A stretch of DNA of 64,000 nucleotides from Macrostomum lignano (taxonomy: Eukaryota). The stretch covers positions 124,001 to 188,000 of the forward strand of contig NIVC01000524.1 in NCBI GenBank assembly GCA_002269645.1. The letters run 5' to 3'. Both the position numbers and the translations under genes were made by a program. Shown here piece after piece: positions 55,915-64,000 of the stretch (position 1 is its first letter; each line of letters begins with the position of its first letter). Below the pieces are notes generated by a model. The model was not told the origin of the DNA and did no database searches. It saw only the letters and a list, made by a program, of their open reading frames with translations.

Positions 55915-56255
55915 AAGGGAGAACCGGGATTCCCCTACCGGGATTCCCCTACCGGGATTCTTCCACCGATTCTCGCACCGGTGGGGAGAATCCTGGTGCG
56001 GGAATCCCAGTGGGAGAATCCCGGTGGGGATCGAGAATCCTTGTGGGAGAATCCCGGTGGGGGATCGAGAATCCTTGTGGGAGAATCCCGGTGGGGAGAA
56101 TCCTAATGCGGGAATCCCAGTGGGAGAATCCCGGTGGGGGATCGAGAACCCTTGTGGGAGAATCCCAGTGGGAGAATCCCGGTGGGGGATCGAGAACCCT
56201 TGTGGCAGAATCCCGGTGGGGGAGAATTCTAGTGCGGGAATCCCAGTGGGAGAAT
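55915..56255. repeat. Irregular minisatellite built on GGGAGAATCCC / GGGATTCCC cores
   Basis: Direct reading. Confidence 0.88.
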
Positions 56256-56684
56256 CTCGTTGTCTTGCCTTTATACGAGGCCCTGAATTCACTTTCATCT
56301 TTGCCTGTTCTTTCGCTAACAAAACTTTGATTTATGCGCAGTGACGAGGTTCAAACAAGTTGTGCAATAGAATTGCGAGTCGAGTGAGCTGTAATAATAT
56401 CAATTACAGTTTGGTCATTTAATTTGTTTGTTTTACAACCGATGCATAATTGGTCTCGTGCAGTTGTACATTGTCTACCGGTATTTGATTGGCAGCCTAT
56501 ACAACTTATACTGCACTGAGAAATTTGTAGTGACTCTGCTTTAAATTTCTCACTCAATGTTCGCAATCCATTTTAGTATATGGACTAGCAATCTACGCCC
56601 CCCCCCGTTGGGGAGCAAACAAAGAATGTAATAATTTTTTTAATTAACTAAACCTTAACTTTTGACCTCAGACTTTATAACTTA

Positions 56685-57010
56685 GCAATTCTCCCCCAAG
56701 CCTTGCTGTCTCAGCAATTCCCCCCAAGCCTTGCCATCTCAGCAATTCCCCCCAAGCCTTGCCATCTCAGCAATTCCCCCCAAGCCTTGCCATCTCAGCA
56801 ATTCCCCCCAAGCCTTGCCATCTCAGCAATTTCCCCCAAGACTTGACATTTCAGCGATTCCCCCCCCCAGACTTGACATCTCAGCGATTCCCCCTCCAAG
56901 ACTTGCCATCTCAGCAATTCCCCCCAAGATTTTACATCTCAGCAATTCCCCCCAAGATTTTACATCTCATCAATTCCACCCAAGACTTGATATCTCAGCA
57001 ATTTCCCCAG
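56685..57010. repeat. 27-28 bp minisatellite (AGCAATTCCCCCAAGCCTTGCCATCTC)
   Basis: Direct reading; copies diverge towards the right. Confidence 0.9.
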
Positions 57011-57834
57011 AGCAAGCAACCCCCCATATAAAGCAAGTAACCCCAGATAGCTAGTAGTAAATTGACAACCAAACCCAGGGGCCCGCAGCCAGTGGTCTGG
57101 CACGCCGTTCTTTATGTGCCAGCGTCCCAGGCTCAATTCCAAGTTCGGGTTGGGTCTTCTCGTGCAATTAACGTCCTTGAGGGCCAACCCCCAAGGCACA
57201 GTGAAGTGTTCATACCTAGCGATAAATAAGTTAGGCCGCTATACACTCCTGTGAGCGTGTGGCTGTGTGTATCACTGCGTAAGTATCCGCGCATTTGTGT
57301 GCCTGCTCAGTGGGGTTGGCGGAATGGGCAAGTAATTCCCTCGTGCTGGTTGTATGACACTGTTGCTTAAAATTCACTGGGTGCAGCAGCTTCACGTCTC
57401 TAACTAATGTAACTAAAATAACCAGGGCGTGTCTCCTTACTCATGCTAGCGTCCGGCTATTCTATTCTTCTCTTGCCGTTTTCTTGTCAGATTTCTCTGG
57501 AGCACTCTAAATTAAATTCCGATTTCTAACTCTTATAACAATCAGTCTGACTTTTTTGCTGCTCGCATGCTGTATATGAATACTTGAATCTTCTGCCGAA
57601 ATTAAAGCTTGGCCATACATGCAGCTCGTAGATCAATACAGTAATCAGCATCATGGATGAAAGAATATAACTGGATTGCTCATTGACTCTACCAATTTGG
57701 TCTCCTACTACCATATAGACAAATGCCCGCAGCTACAAGTACCATGGTAGATGAAGCAAAAAATTAAGGTTTTTAATAATTTGATAGTAAAAACTACAAA
57801 GGTAGAAAAATACAACTTTTGGTTAAGACGATCG

Positions 57835-58088
57835 AGATGAGAGATGAGAGGAGAGGCGAGAGATGGGATGAGAACAAAAATAAAACCAGAGAGAAGAGGA
57901 GAGAGAGGGAAGAGGAGAGGAGAGAGAGAATAGAGGGCAGAAAAGAAGAGAAGGAAGAGAAGAGAGGAGAAAAAGAGCTGAGCAGAGACAAACCGTGAGC
58001 AGGCCGGATTGCTATTTTGAAGTTTCAAAGAACCCGAAGGTCGGATTGAGAGGCTTCGAGGGCCGCGGGTCGGGGTTTGCAGACCCCG
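57835..58088 (+). mobile_element. Dispersed short element, copy D
   Basis: GA-rich tract, conserved core at 57989-58065, and an end at GTTTGCAGACCCCG followed by TTCTAGAG. Confidence 0.65.
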
Positions 58089-58264
58089 TTCTAGAGTCTT
58101 TAAGGCTTATCTTCAAATTAGTGTTTCACCGAAATAGCTCGTAAAATATGTAGAAATGCAATTTTAACTGAATCACTATAATTAGAAGCATTGAACCAAA
58201 AAATCATTAAAACCTCGATAGCAAATAAGCCTGAAAAAACAGAACAAACTGCATAGTCCAAAGC

Positions 58265-58296
58265 CATGGACAACTAGAGTACTCTAGTTGTCCATG
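58265..58296. repeat. Perfect 32-bp palindrome CATGGACAACTAGAGTACTCTAGTTGTCCATG
   Basis: 16-bp arms with no spacer; flanks TCCAAAGC and CCCAAAGC. Confidence 0.95.
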
Positions 58297-60345
58297 CCCA
58301 AAGCATTAATGAAAACAAAATCTCAATTCTCAATCCAACCCGTTTCAATCTCGCTGGCAAAGCAGACTCTTAGATGCTCCTTCGGCAGCTCAGTATTCTA
58401 ATTTTTACTGTCCCAAAAATGATTCTCAATTCGGATTAAAACCTGACAAACTGGGAGGGTAGCTCACTTGATAGCGATTTAGAGGGCCAGGTACAACTAA
58501 ATTTAAATGTACAGTGAAGCTTTGAAAGTGCCAACCGCGCCTGCACCCCAGCGCTTAGTGGTACGAAGAACTTCCCTGTCTTATTGTACATGGCCTGCAA
58601 CATTGGCCTGCATGGCGTTTATTCTTCTGGCGAATGAACAGTTTAAAATTATACACGTACATGTACTTTTACCCCCATGCTAATATTTGATTTCACTGCC
58701 CCCGAAATTAGCTGTTTTTCTGTGTGCATTCTTCAAACTCGAGTCAAGAGTGTGGTACTTACTCTAAAGTAAGGACGCTACTCTCAATTCTATTAGAGTC
58801 AATTCTATAGTCAATTCTATCTATTCTATTCTATTCTATCAGAAGGCCATGCAGACAGGAATTTAATTACATTGGTCATATCGGCATCGCCAGTAAATTT
58901 ATATTTTAAAGAACGCCTATCACTGGATGTTGCTTCGCCTTAGATAATTTCGGCCTAGAAAAATCCGATTTCTCGAAAAAAAATCATTCGTCTTCATGAT
59001 TACAATTCAGTCGTCATGTTCGTATATTTTAATGGCCAGCCCTGGGTTGTCAGTAAACTTTTTTTCTATTCCTAGACCTTTGTACCTTATAAGAAGAAGG
59101 AATAATTGCAAAGCTTCCACGACAAATCTTTAGTAGAAAAGGCCCTGATCCAAAACTGGCAAAATGTCCGTGATGTTCACAATTTATACTTACAAACTTT
59201 CGGGTTGTTTAAAAAACTCGTTAAAACAAATCAAAATAGACAGTACCAAATTAAAAAAATAAAGCTGCAAGTAAACTATTGAAATTTTGCTAAAGCTTTT
59301 TTTACGTTCTGTAGTGTTTTATGTTTTATACCATATTTGCGTTTTCATGCTTCTATGACATCCAGCTAATAGTGGCGTTTTGATTTTTAAAATTCTTTAT
59401 TTTCAAAAGAAGCCAATCTGGCTATTTGTTATGAAGTTTGCTGCGATATGCAAACTTGTATCATTTGTTGCCTTCAATTTATAGTGTGAATCTTATAGCC
59501 ATCGTAAAACGTGGTTCATTCGAGTTTCTACTCTCTATGTAACATGATAGTTTCGAGCTAGGTCATTAAAAAAAACGTTTTTGCAAAAATCTGAGCATTG
59601 GAGGAAAAGTAATATAATATTGTCATAGAAATTCTTACTCTTGTGATAATCTAAAGAAATTCATATCGTACAGTATATCTCTGTTACAAATAATTTACTC
59701 TTAGCGTTTTAATCCATAACACATTAATTTCTAACTTTTTAGAGTTTTTTATTCCTTCAGTTTGTTTTTTAGTAAGTAAATATATATATTGACTATTCTT
59801 TGCAAATTTTCATTTTTAAGAGAACTACAAATTATTTGTCTCTTACTTGTCGGTTGTCTTGGTTCAACTTTATGACGCATAAATGGTTTTTATTAGCGTT
59901 ACTATGTATTTTTGAGAAAGGACAACAGCTTTGGTAATATTGATATATATGCGCTAGTAATGATTAACATCATGATTATATTATGTTATTTTTTGCTATA
60001 GTTTTTTTTAATCTAAAACTTTAAATAATATTAAAGATCAAAAATTAAATTTTATAAATATGTCGAGATAAAAATTGGAAGGTCTCCAAATTCGTTGATA
60101 AATTTTTGAAGCCTAAAATTCTAAATACATTTTATTTTGTTATTAACTGATTTTGCTTTTGCACTGGTTATAGTAATATTAATCTTTAATTGTTTAGCAT
60201 GTGTTCATGAATGCCTAAAAAGTTGCATTAAACTGGTTTGGAAGAAGCGCAATTGTTTAAACGTAATGAAAAAATGAACTTGTCAGAACTAAAAATTTAA
60301 TTTTATCATTTTTTAAATCCCTAATTCTATTTGCTTTTTGCAGCC

Positions 60346-64000
<3,655 letters not shown>

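Noticed and set aside
56584-57055. 11-bp imperfect inverted repeat (ACTAGCAATCT / AGATAGCTAGT) around the 27-bp minisatellite
   Set aside because: Too short and no target-site duplication, so it is not called as an element.

Overview
Eukaryotic (not prokaryotic) genomic DNA: GC-rich spliced exons sit among AT-rich introns packed with micro- and minisatellites. The style resembles a free-living flatworm such as Macrostomum, which is an inference only. Exon chains were built by hand from GT-AG sites and phase matching. Genes: DNAL4 (minus, 3 exons, 104 aa, with an RFX X-box upstream); a 9-exon prominin (minus, 8676-28210, about 975 aa); a divergent rhodopsin-class peptide-type GPCR (2 exons); an unrecognised 2-TM protein (2 exons); a single-exon secreted 8-Cys protein resembling a divergent IL-17/PTTH-type cystine-knot; and CCDC40, which runs off the right end. 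Mobile DNA: a 2.3 kb non-autonomous DNA transposon with 15-bp TIRs and an 8-bp TSD, an older CpG-decayed relative of it, a Tc1/mariner-type MITE with TA TSD, a dispersed hAT-like MITE family, and a broken RTE-like LINE. Most long ORFs in the supplied track are artefacts of tandem repeats. The best leads are the IL-17-like gene, frame-switching prominin C-terminal microexons, and an about 11 kb CpG-depleted domain that suggests historical DNA methylation.
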